Origin: a virus
Taxonomy: Duplodnaviria > Caudoviricetes
DNA length: 24,187 bases
IMG/VR virus record: IMGVR_UViG_3300021091_000416
Coordinates: 1 to 24,187 of that record
Direction: 5' to 3' (one strand)
In this document: positions 6,132 to 13,786 of the stretch, piece by piece
Layout of the letters: the number at the start of each line of letters is the position of its first letter
Numbering within the stretch: position 1 is the stretch's first letter
Notes under the pieces: generated by a model
What the model saw: the letters and a program-made list of their open reading frames with translations, nothing else
Told to the model about the DNA's origin: nothing
The model's database searches: none
Translations under genes and position numbers: made by a program

Positions 6132-6772
6132 AAGACTATAGAGTTGATTTTAAGATAAAAAACAATCGACTGTTATCAATCGTCGAAGCGTCTGAATATA
6201 AAACAGGCAAGGCTATTTGTCATAGACTGGGAATCTCCGCAGAAAAGTTTTATGACCTCTCTAACATGAGAAGACCACCCGTAGATAAAAACGGAAAATG
6301 GAAAAAGATTGTTTTAGAAATATGCGACCTTTTGGACTGCACTCCAAACGATCTTTTTTCTGATGAACAGATCAATAATCCAATAGAAAAAAATAAGTTT
6401 ACACTGACCGCTGATTTAGAAGAACTTGGTTACTTATCCGAAAGACATCTTAATGCATCGCAAGAGTTTAAGGTTCTTGCGGATGAAACAAATGATGTTC
6501 TTGAAAAAGTACTTGATAAGCTTCTTACTCCCAGACAAAAAGACGTCCTTGTCAGGAACTACGGTTTGTTTGGTAATGAACCACAAAATTGTGTGGACAT
6601 TGGGAAGATATATAACGTAAGCACAGAAAGAGTACGTCAGCTAGTTTCTAATGCAATAAGCAAGCTACAAAAAGTAAAACACATAGGCGAATTAAAAAAC
6701 AGCAACTCTGTTAGTGCGTTGAGATCTTTGTTGTCGGCACACGACGATGCTCATCAAGGAAGATTGTATTGA
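6128..6772 (+). CDS. N-terminal HTH (XRE-like) fused to a C-terminal sigma70 region 4
   Basis: LTPRQKDVLVRNYGLFGNEPQNCVDIGKIYNVSTERVRQLVSNAISKLQ matches RpoD region 4 (LT.RE..VL..RFG....TLEEVG..F.VTRERIRQIE.KAL.KL). The N-terminal 'AICHRLGISAEKFYDL...ICDLLDCTPNDLF' is XRE-like. No region 2 is recognisable. Confidence 0.8.
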   Translation: MKDYRVDFKIKNNRLLSIVEASEYKTGKAICHRLGISAEKFYDLSNMRRPPVDKNGKWKKIVLEICDLLDCTPNDLFSDEQINNPIEKNKFTLTADLEELGYLSERHLNASQEFKVLADETNDVLEKVLDKLLTPRQKDVLVRNYGLFGNEPQNCVDIGKIYNVSTERVRQLVSNAISKLQKVKHIGELKNSNSVSALRSLLSAHDDAHQGRLY

Positions 6773-6773
6773 G

Positions 6774-6995
6774 ATGAAAACAATTATTCATGTTAATCAA
6801 CATGTTGTAAAGGACAATGCAAAGACTGGTAATAACAATCCCGTCCTGACAGTAAAGACTTATAAATCAAACACTTATGCACATGAGGTTGTCATTAAGG
6901 GTGATTCAAAAGTTGTTTACTCACCCGACAAACCATTATCGTGTGGGGCTCGTGTGTGGATTGAAACGCAATCACCTGTAGAGATTGTGTCATGA
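6774..6995 (+). CDS. Conserved phage hypothetical protein (IHVNQHVI...LSCGARVWIET family), 73 aa
   Basis: Start moved to ATG 6774, just after the previous stop; motif typical of phage proteins. Confidence 0.8.
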   Translation: MKTIIHVNQHVVKDNAKTGNNNPVLTVKTYKSNTYAHEVVIKGDSKVVYSPDKPLSCGARVWIETQSPVEIVS

Positions 6996-7204
6996 CAGGA
7001 TTTAGGAGCAAGAGACTGCTGACGGAAATACGATGGCTAGGGCCGTATGCACCAGAGGATCGTCATGCTGACACGGTAACATTGGATCATGTTATTGATC
7101 TTCGTAAGAGGCTGGTGGAAGCAGAGCGTCAACGCGATAACGCTCTCAATATGTGCGTTCATTTACAAAAAGAAATTGCACGGTTAAGTGAGAAAAATGG
7201 TTAA
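6992..7204 (+). CDS. Hypothetical coiled-coil protein (70 aa)
   Basis: ATGA coupling to the previous gene. Confidence 0.7.
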   Translation: MTGFRSKRLLTEIRWLGPYAPEDRHADTVTLDHVIDLRKRLVEAERQRDNALNMCVHLQKEIARLSEKNG

Positions 7205-7442
7205 GAGACCACAAACAGTTGAGGCTCTTGTAGCACGTTTAAAAATCCACCACCTTAAAGAAGGCGAACAATCAAACTATGAACGTGCAGAAGCGGCTCG
7301 ATGTATTGAAGGCCTTGTTGAACTTGTATCAGTTTTAGCCGCCGAAAACGAGGCGTTAAAAGCAGAAGAATGTCCCTGCAAAAAGCAAGAAGCTGAATTG
7401 GACATGTTGTTTAGTGAATGGAACGAGGAGAATGGGAAATGA
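7197..7442 (+). CDS. Hypothetical protein (81 aa)
   Basis: ATG 7197 overlaps the previous gene end; 'EAARCIEGLVE..LAAENEALK' is a coiled-coil pattern. Confidence 0.7.
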   Translation: MVKRPQTVEALVARLKIHHLKEGEQSNYERAEAARCIEGLVELVSVLAAENEALKAEECPCKKQEAELDMLFSEWNEENGK

Positions 7443-7720
7443 TGGGTATATTTACTCTTGAGTCTCTTCAAGGCGTCGCTTGGATTCTGGGCGGCATTTG
7501 GGGCGTTGTTAAATTAGTGGAAATTTATTTTGATCACTTGGACACTATTCGGTGGAAACAGGATGATAAAAATTACGAAAAGATGCTAAAGCTTAAAACT
7601 CAGGTGGAAGAGTTAATAAAAGAACGTGACATGATGCGGATGCACTTCTTTCCCGACAAAACAGAGGTCAGTACAAAATCCCCTGCTAAGAAAAAGGTTG
7701 GTCGTCCACGTAAAAAATAA
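7439..7720 (+). CDS. Predicted single-pass membrane protein with a coiled coil and C-terminal AT-hook-like tail (93 aa)
   Basis: ATGA coupling at 7439 with GAGGAG upstream. Hydrophobic segment GVAWILGGIWGVVKLVEIYF; ends KKKVGRPRKK. Confidence 0.7.
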   Translation: MMGIFTLESLQGVAWILGGIWGVVKLVEIYFDHLDTIRWKQDDKNYEKMLKLKTQVEELIKERDMMRMHFFPDKTEVSTKSPAKKKVGRPRKK

Positions 7721-7721
7721 C

Positions 7722-7750
7722 TTGGCGTTTTCCACAAGCAGGATCATACT
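7722..7750 (+). promoter_or_regulatory. Putative sigma70 promoter with a DnaA box in its spacer
   Basis: TTGGCG, N17, CATACT; TTTTCCACA at 7728-7736. Confidence 0.45.
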
Positions 7751-7776
7751 TGATCATCGCTATAGTGGAGGGTGTC

Positions 7777-8148
7777 ATGAGGTTTTTGATTTCTTTAGCA
7801 ATATCAATGGCTTATGGTCTGGCGTATGCGGGAAGCAATGACACGCTTACGTGTAAACCAGCCAAGCCAATGATTGAGGAGGCCATTAAAATATCGCAAT
7901 CTGAACAGGGTGCTGAGATTTTTACCCTGACGGGCGGTAATGCAAGGGCTTATCTTAATTTTGTAAATGAACAAGATCCAAGGACAGATTACAGCGGCGA
8001 TGCAATATTTGGCATTGTCAGACCCTCAATCGGGGCGGCGGTTTTTGGTATATTGCGTGACAACGATGCTTTGATTTGCATGAGTGTCAAGCTTGGTATT
8101 GGACTTCATACGAAGGCCCTTAGTGAGATGTTTAAAAATAAATTATAG
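7777..8148 (+). CDS. Exported/periplasmic protein with a signal peptide (123 aa)
   Basis: ATG 7777 with a GGAGG RBS. MRFLISLAISMAYGLAYA looks like a Sec signal with an AxA cleavage site; the mature part has two Cys. Confidence 0.7.
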   Translation: MRFLISLAISMAYGLAYAGSNDTLTCKPAKPMIEEAIKISQSEQGAEIFTLTGGNARAYLNFVNEQDPRTDYSGDAIFGIVRPSIGAAVFGILRDNDALICMSVKLGIGLHTKALSEMFKNKL

Positions 8149-8178
8149 CTTGGATCATAGCGGGTCATCTTGCTTCCT

Positions 8179-8206
8179 TTGACAAGCGAAATCAAGAAGT
8201 TATCAT
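8179..8206 (+). promoter_or_regulatory. Putative sigma70 promoter overlapped by an IHF-consensus site
   Basis: TTGACA, N16, TATCAT; AATCAAGAAGTTA (8190-8202) matches WATCAANNNNTTR. Confidence 0.5.
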
Positions 8207-8223
8207 GAGAACGGAGAAACACC

Positions 8224-8251
8224 TTGACAATTTTAATTGTCGGCATATATT
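8224..8251 (+). promoter_or_regulatory. Putative sigma70 promoter overlapped by a palindromic operator
   Basis: TTGACA, N16, TATATT; palindrome GACAATT-TT-AATTGTC at 8226-8241. Confidence 0.6.
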
Positions 8252-8285
8252 AAACCCATCACTGAATGAAGAAAGGAGAAGTGAG

Positions 8286-8621
8286 ATGAGAACAGTACTT
8301 ATTGATCCAGTAGAAAGATCATTCACTGAAATAGATTATGACGGTAATTACAAATCAATTTACACCCACCTTGGTTGTAACTTATTCGATGTTGTGTATA
8401 CTGATTTAGGAGATGTGTATGTTGATGACGAAGGACTATTAAAAGGGTCTCAACAATTTTTTTATATCGAAGGAATACCCAGCCCACTTGCGGGGCGTGG
8501 GCTTGTTTTTGGACCAGCGGACGAAGAAGGAAATTCGACAGAGGCGACGGTCAGCATTGATGAACTGAAGAAAAAAGTTCGTTTTATGTCCGCCCCTCAA
8601 GTTTTAGAGATGTTTGCTTAA
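8286..8621 (+). CDS. DUF3846-like protein (111 aa)
   Basis: ATG 8286 with AAGGAG; motifs VLIDP...YVDDEGLLK...LAGRGLVFG.DEEG. Confidence 0.75.
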   Translation: MRTVLIDPVERSFTEIDYDGNYKSIYTHLGCNLFDVVYTDLGDVYVDDEGLLKGSQQFFYIEGIPSPLAGRGLVFGPADEEGNSTEATVSIDELKKKVRFMSAPQVLEMFA

Positions 8622-8651
8622 CCGTCTAATCTTCCTCCCAGACGGTCCACT

Positions 8652-8677
8652 GTCCCCGCTGCGGCGGGGACTTTTTT
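8652..8677 (+). terminator. Rho-independent terminator ending the early cluster
   Basis: GTCCCCGC-tgcg-GCGGGGAC followed by TTTTTT, between convergent genes. Confidence 0.9.
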
Positions 8678-10544
8678 ATTCCATCTTGTTTGTTGCTTCT
8701 CCCCATGAGGGTCCAAGTTCCGCGTCAACGACTGAAGGAATATTAAGTTTTACGCAATTTTCCATTATTTCTTTTGCCTTACGCGCCGTGATCTTGTCAG
8801 GAATGCTTAATGCTAATTCATCGTGAATTTGAATCATTGGAAGAATGCCCTCATCTGTGAGGTCAACGAGCGCCTTCTTTGTTTGATCTGCGGCAGATCC
8901 TTGAATCAAGCTATTTAAAGCTTTGTAGGTGAACGCTCTACGAATATTTGGTCCGTATTCTGTGAATGCCTCCTTGTGTGTTAGAGGTTTGTGAAGTCCA
9001 AAGCTTACTGGCTCCCATTTGTCATACCTGCACTTACGACCCAAAAGAGTTCTAATTGATCCACGTTTTGATGCCGCGTCATTGGCGTATTCGCTAAGTT
9101 GTTTAACAAACGGGACTTCTTCGTGATATCTAGCAAAAAGTTTCTTTCCATCTTCAAGGGACAATCCAAGCTGGTTTGAGAGCTTCGTGACACCCATTCC
9201 ATAGAACAAACCTAAATTGATTGTTTTTGCCTGCTTGCGTGGCACACCTACGATGTCAGCGGCGATCTGGTGAAAGTCAGATCTAGGGTCTTTATTATAT
9301 TGAGTAACAAACTCAGACGCCCCCTTAAATTTCAATATAGAAGCATAGTGGACCACGATCCGAGGTTCTTGAGACGAGTAGTCAAATGCGCCCCACTGAC
9401 AGCCTTCTTCCGAAAGGAACAGGCTTCTGATCATAGGTCCAATGACCTCGTCGCGTGAAGGGATCTGTTGAAGGTTTGGACTTGAGTAACTAAAACGTCC
9501 CGTAATCGTACCACCCTCATCACTTCGAAGTTGATGAATATCAGCATGGATGCGACCATTGTGCTGATGCTTCATAATTGCTTCTAAGAATGTTGTGCGA
9601 GCTTTGTTGAGTTCCCGCGCCCTAACAATCAGCTTTGGGATTTCATGCTCATGGGCCGCCAAAAATTGTTTGGTAAAACTTGGCGCACCCGTCCCCCCTG
9701 TTACGGGGTATCCAAGACCTATAGACGAGAATGCTTTTGCAACTGAGGCCGCCGACCAAATGTCAACGCTGACACCGGACTGATCCTTAATCTTTTTGAT
9801 AAGTACACGTTCTTCTTGCTCAAGCTTCTTGCTGATTTGATCGGCGCGGTCACAATCTACTCGAACCCCCCGCGTCCGCATCTTGATAATTGAGCCAAGA
9901 ACTCGAATCTCCAAGTCAAACACGTCTTGGATTTCTTCTTTGACGATTAGACCCTTAAAAAGTTTCCAAAGACGAAGTGTAAGCGCCGCATCTTGTTCTG
10001 CGTATGGCCCAACATATTGCGGGGGGAGCTTATACATCTCAGCCTTTGCATCAACGCCCCACTCGTTCGCCGCATCCTTGAGAAGCTTCTCATCCTTCTT
10101 TTGCTGAAGATAGTCACGACCAATATTGTTCAAAGAGTAACTGAAGCGGTTCTCGTCAAGTAGTGTTGCGACAATCATTGTGTCAACGGTTTTGCCAGCA
10201 ATATTTACTCCCTCCGCTTGTAGCCATCCGACGTCATACATTGCGTTGTGAAAAACATATGTCTTGCGTGGGTCAGAGCATACGTCACTTACCCAGCGCA
10301 TGACACGTTTGGGGTCAAGATTGCCACCTGTCTCGTGACGGATGGGAAAATACCAAGATCCGTTTTCTGTGGCTATAGCAACGCCAATGATATGACCGTT
10401 CTTTGTGGGCCACCCAGAACCTTTAGTTTTTAGGTCAGGGTCGTAAGTTTCCAAATCAACGGCGATCTCCAGATCACCTGACAGATCTGGTAGGCTTTCT
10501 GGGGCGGACCATTCTGATTCCGTCTTCAAGAGCGGAAATTGCAT
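8676..10544 (-). CDS. polA: Family A DNA polymerase (3'-5' exonuclease + polymerase), Leu762 type
   Basis: ExoI VDLET, ExoII HNAMYD, ExoIII YAEQDA; TGRFS..PNLQQIP; motif A FDYSSQEPR; motif B RKQAKTINLGLFYG; motif C IHDEL. Confidence 0.97.
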   Translation of the reverse strand: MQFPLLKTESEWSAPESLPDLSGDLEIAVDLETYDPDLKTKGSGWPTKNGHIIGVAIATENGSWYFPIRHETGGNLDPKRVMRWVSDVCSDPRKTYVFHNAMYDVGWLQAEGVNIAGKTVDTMIVATLLDENRFSYSLNNIGRDYLQQKKDEKLLKDAANEWGVDAKAEMYKLPPQYVGPYAEQDAALTLRLWKLFKGLIVKEEIQDVFDLEIRVLGSIIKMRTRGVRVDCDRADQISKKLEQEERVLIKKIKDQSGVSVDIWSAASVAKAFSSIGLGYPVTGGTGAPSFTKQFLAAHEHEIPKLIVRARELNKARTTFLEAIMKHQHNGRIHADIHQLRSDEGGTITGRFSYSSPNLQQIPSRDEVIGPMIRSLFLSEEGCQWGAFDYSSQEPRIVVHYASILKFKGASEFVTQYNKDPRSDFHQIAADIVGVPRKQAKTINLGLFYGMGVTKLSNQLGLSLEDGKKLFARYHEEVPFVKQLSEYANDAASKRGSIRTLLGRKCRYDKWEPVSFGLHKPLTHKEAFTEYGPNIRRAFTYKALNSLIQGSAADQTKKALVDLTDEGILPMIQIHDELALSIPDKITARKAKEIMENCVKLNIPSVVDAELGPSWGEATNKME

Positions 10545-10668
10545 GTTTCTCTACCTTCATTAATCGACCGCATTGGCAACGAGGCCATTTCGAAGAAACG
10601 ACAAAACCTGTCGTGACATACGACGTCTGCTTGCAGTCACACTCTACTTTCACGTTTTGGGCGTACAT
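10474..10668 (-). CDS. Small putative zinc-ribbon protein (CxC...CxCG)
   Basis: MYAQNVKVECDCKQTSYV...WPRCQCGRLM fills the helicase-polymerase gap and overlaps the 5' end of polA by 71 nt. Confidence 0.5.
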   Translation of the reverse strand: MYAQNVKVECDCKQTSYVTTGFVVSSKWPRCQCGRLMKVEKHAISALEDGIRMVRPRKPTRSVR

Positions 10669-10676
10669 TATATGGC

Positions 10677-12188
10677 CTATGAAATGCTAAAACCCTTGGA
10701 CATCATCGGGTGAATAAGGTGTAAGCTATGCTTAGAACGAGTAAGACCAACATAAAAAACTCGATGCTCATCTTCTTCCTCATAGTTCTGTTTCTTCCAA
10801 AGACCCTGGGTCTTTCTGACACTGTCTGTCAATAACATGATATTATCAGATTCACTGCCTTTTGCACCATGAATTGTTGAGATTGTTATCCTTGAGCTAT
10901 CTTCAAAAGTCCCGTTGCGGAGACATGATTTGAGATAGCGTCGATCATCTTCTGAAATCTTTGCAAACGTCTCTGTCCAAGGCTTTTCATGAAGAAGTCC
11001 GTGTTCCAAGATCAAAGTTCCCATGTTCAAGAGCCTATGATCTTCGACATTCGGTAGCGTTTTATGGCCTCGTGACACGTCAACATCGATGACCATGTGT
11101 CGATAGATATTCCTGACATCCCCGGCAGTAACGACCTCCCCCAGGCGAAGCTTTTCCCACTGTGACACAGCCTTTATGACATCTGTCTTGATTGTCCTGC
11201 CGTTCTCGTAATTATATAGATATCCTCTCTGGCGGACCTCTTCCTCAATCTGATTTGCACCTTTCTTTGTCCGTGCCATGAGAAGCCACTTGCCCTGTGA
11301 CAAATCTACCTCCTCAGAGTGACGATGCCAGAAGACAAGACCCTCGTCATTCCTTGGAAGAAATATTTTGGGACGACGATTAGCGACCTTCTGGATGACA
11401 CGCTGAGAGATGGCGTGGTGCGAAGCAGGGATTCTGTAACTCTGACCAAGGACCTCGACCCTGCCTTCGAGGTTAATAAATTGATTGACGTCGGCGCCAG
11501 CCCATCGATAGATGGCTTGATCATCGTCTCCGGCAATAAATACTTCCTTGGAGTTCTCAACCAACTGCTCGACCATGCGCCACTGTAAAGACGACAAGTC
11601 CTGTGCCTCATCGACAAATAGGACTTCAAGCTTTGGAGCGAGGCGACGTTCGATAAAGAGTTCGATTAGGTCGGTGTAATCAAACAATACTTTATTCTTC
11701 TTGTATTGCTTCAATCCCCGATCAACATAGTCTATGCGGCTCCAGTCAGTTCTCTCTGTCACGGTCGATTCGTTGTAGAGATGACGGAGAGGTTGCTGAG
11801 TGATTCGCGCCATGTTGATAATATGAAGAAACTTGTCACCAAAACCAAAATCAACAAAGGGTCCATCTGTCATGACAGTAACTTCAACGAAGCCGGGCAA
11901 CTTTAACCAATCTGCTAACTCTTGATAGTGATTGTTTGTCATGAGTCCATTTTTGCCGACACCCAACATTTGAAAGGCAAGACTGTGAAGCGTTCTAAAA
12001 TATGGTAACTCCTTTTCTGACATGCCAAATCGGATGATTGCACGCATGATAGCCTCTTGGGCAGCTTTTCTTGTAAAAGAAAAGTATCCAATTTTGTCAG
12101 GAGCAATACCTCTCTCAAAGCATTGCTCGACTAAGTTTAACAGCCTTGTTGTTTTTCCCGTTCCGGGCGGACCAAGGATAATGTTCAT
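10677..12188 (-). CDS. UvrD/Rep-like superfamily 1 helicase
   Basis: GPPGTGKTT, FTRKAA, RTLHSL, VDEAQD, GDDDQAIY, QSYR, STIHGAKGSE, YVGLTR. Confidence 0.95.
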   Translation of the reverse strand: MNIILGPPGTGKTTRLLNLVEQCFERGIAPDKIGYFSFTRKAAQEAIMRAIIRFGMSEKELPYFRTLHSLAFQMLGVGKNGLMTNNHYQELADWLKLPGFVEVTVMTDGPFVDFGFGDKFLHIINMARITQQPLRHLYNESTVTERTDWSRIDYVDRGLKQYKKNKVLFDYTDLIELFIERRLAPKLEVLFVDEAQDLSSLQWRMVEQLVENSKEVFIAGDDDQAIYRWAGADVNQFINLEGRVEVLGQSYRIPASHHAISQRVIQKVANRRPKIFLPRNDEGLVFWHRHSEEVDLSQGKWLLMARTKKGANQIEEEVRQRGYLYNYENGRTIKTDVIKAVSQWEKLRLGEVVTAGDVRNIYRHMVIDVDVSRGHKTLPNVEDHRLLNMGTLILEHGLLHEKPWTETFAKISEDDRRYLKSCLRNGTFEDSSRITISTIHGAKGSESDNIMLLTDSVRKTQGLWKKQNYEEEDEHRVFYVGLTRSKHSLHLIHPMMSKGFSIS

Positions 12189-13717
12189 TACATTACATCC
12201 GCTTCTTGCGTCGTGACAGGAGGTAGTTCAATCTCGCGGCTCTCGTCCGTTCCGAAATATGATTGCGGGAAGAACCATACGTGCATACCCTTACCGGCAA
12301 TCTTCCAGTAAACACGTTCACCACCCAGTTCACGCAAGCGTAACCCGACCTTGTTGATCGAATAATGTGTAAAGTTGTTGACTGTCAGGTGCTTCAACAA
12401 ATCTTTGATTTGAAAGAAAATCTTGTCTTCCGTCCACACGGCGATACCTTGAATAATTTCTTCCTTCTCAAAGCCACGCGCACGGTCACAGCAGAACGAC
12501 GCCATCAAGTCTTCAAAGCTACCTTTAATGGTTGTGTCAGGAGCTGTTTCAACAATCGTAAGATTCTCAAGAAGCGTCTGCATTCTAATCTGCCAAGCCC
12601 GTGATGCGAGGGTCAGAGGAAACATATTGATTTGCGCCACACATTCTTTCTGAAAGATGGTCTGCGACACGAGAGCATCCGTGCTAAGTTCCACGCGCTG
12701 ACCGTCAACATTGAGAAGCCAGATTGGCGGATCACCATTGACCTTTGTTAGGGAACCTAGATCGTTGTTGCGACTACCCGGACCGACACCAAACTTCCGT
12801 GTCATGCAGATATCTTTATTGCAAAAGCTTGATATTGGCTGATCGTCACACTTGTAGAAGTAGTCTTTCTTTTGGAGTTGCTTGACAATGGCGGCGACCT
12901 CGTTTGCTGACAGAGGTGGCTTCATGTATTTGGTGTTGTAGTTTTGAACAACATTCTCCCAATCTTCCTTGTGAGCCATACGCGCGTAGACGCCCAGACT
13001 AAACAAGGCATTGTTCCGCCCACCTTCACCAAAACCCTGAGCACAGAGGTGTTGGAGACATGGTGGGCCGTGAGGAAGCAACTCCTCGCTCTTTTTGTGT
13101 TTTGTGGGAAGAGCCATGAACTCTTCAACAGAAAGTTGGCTGTTCTCTGCAAACCCAATAAATTCCTCAAGAGTCAGAGAATCTCCTGTCATGCCGAATG
13201 CGTATCGAACGGTATTCTCCCCGCCAAAGTAAGGCATGTTGATGAAGTTGCCCGTGTCACCACGATCAACAAGAATCTGTGTTTGCTTCGGAAAGATTTC
13301 CGATCCTGAATATCCAAGGACCGAGGATATCTCCCCTAGTTTTGGTTGTAAGTCTTCCGCCGCTATCTCTTCTTTGAAAAAGAAATAAACATGTGCGCCT
13401 CCGGACTTCGATCTACAAACAATCGCTGGAAAGTTATGCTTCTTTAATTTCTCAATCAGGACACGATGGTCGATTGTATAGTTATCGACGTCTATCGCAC
13501 CCCAGTGACAATGGTTATTATCCTTGATAGGAATGACCCCAAGGCCTGTATCACCCGCCAGATGCTTTTCCCAATGACTAATAGTTGTCGGCTCCTGAAT
13601 AACTCTGGCATACCCTTGTTTCTTGCCACCCTTTTCACGATCCTTTGTAACATTGAAAACCCCGTGAGCACGAGCGTTTCCAAAAAAAATATTGTGTAGT
13701 CTTTCTGCTAATAACAT
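12188..13717 (-). CDS. AEP-superfamily primase(-polymerase) with a PriCT-like domain (509 aa)
   Basis: WGAIDVD, RSKSGGAHVY, EIFPKQ, GNFINMPY (AEP motifs); PPCL..., GEGGRNNALF...PPLSANEV (PriCT). Start moved to ATG 13717 (GGGGGA RBS); TAATG coupling to the helicase. Confidence 0.85.
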   Translation of the reverse strand: MLLAERLHNIFFGNARAHGVFNVTKDREKGGKKQGYARVIQEPTTISHWEKHLAGDTGLGVIPIKDNNHCHWGAIDVDNYTIDHRVLIEKLKKHNFPAIVCRSKSGGAHVYFFFKEEIAAEDLQPKLGEISSVLGYSGSEIFPKQTQILVDRGDTGNFINMPYFGGENTVRYAFGMTGDSLTLEEFIGFAENSQLSVEEFMALPTKHKKSEELLPHGPPCLQHLCAQGFGEGGRNNALFSLGVYARMAHKEDWENVVQNYNTKYMKPPLSANEVAAIVKQLQKKDYFYKCDDQPISSFCNKDICMTRKFGVGPGSRNNDLGSLTKVNGDPPIWLLNVDGQRVELSTDALVSQTIFQKECVAQINMFPLTLASRAWQIRMQTLLENLTIVETAPDTTIKGSFEDLMASFCCDRARGFEKEEIIQGIAVWTEDKIFFQIKDLLKHLTVNNFTHYSINKVGLRLRELGGERVYWKIAGKGMHVWFFPQSYFGTDESREIELPPVTTQEADVM

Positions 13718-13733
13718 TTGATCCCCCAACAAC

Positions 13734-13771
13734 AAAAATGGCAACCTGTAAGGATCTCTTACAAGTTGCCA
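13734..13771 (-). terminator. Intrinsic terminator/attenuator between the SSB-like gene and primase
   Basis: Minus strand reads TGGCAACTTGTAAG-agatc-CTTACAGGTTGCCA-TTTTT. Confidence 0.7.
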
Positions 13772-13786
13772 TCAATATTCTAGTTG

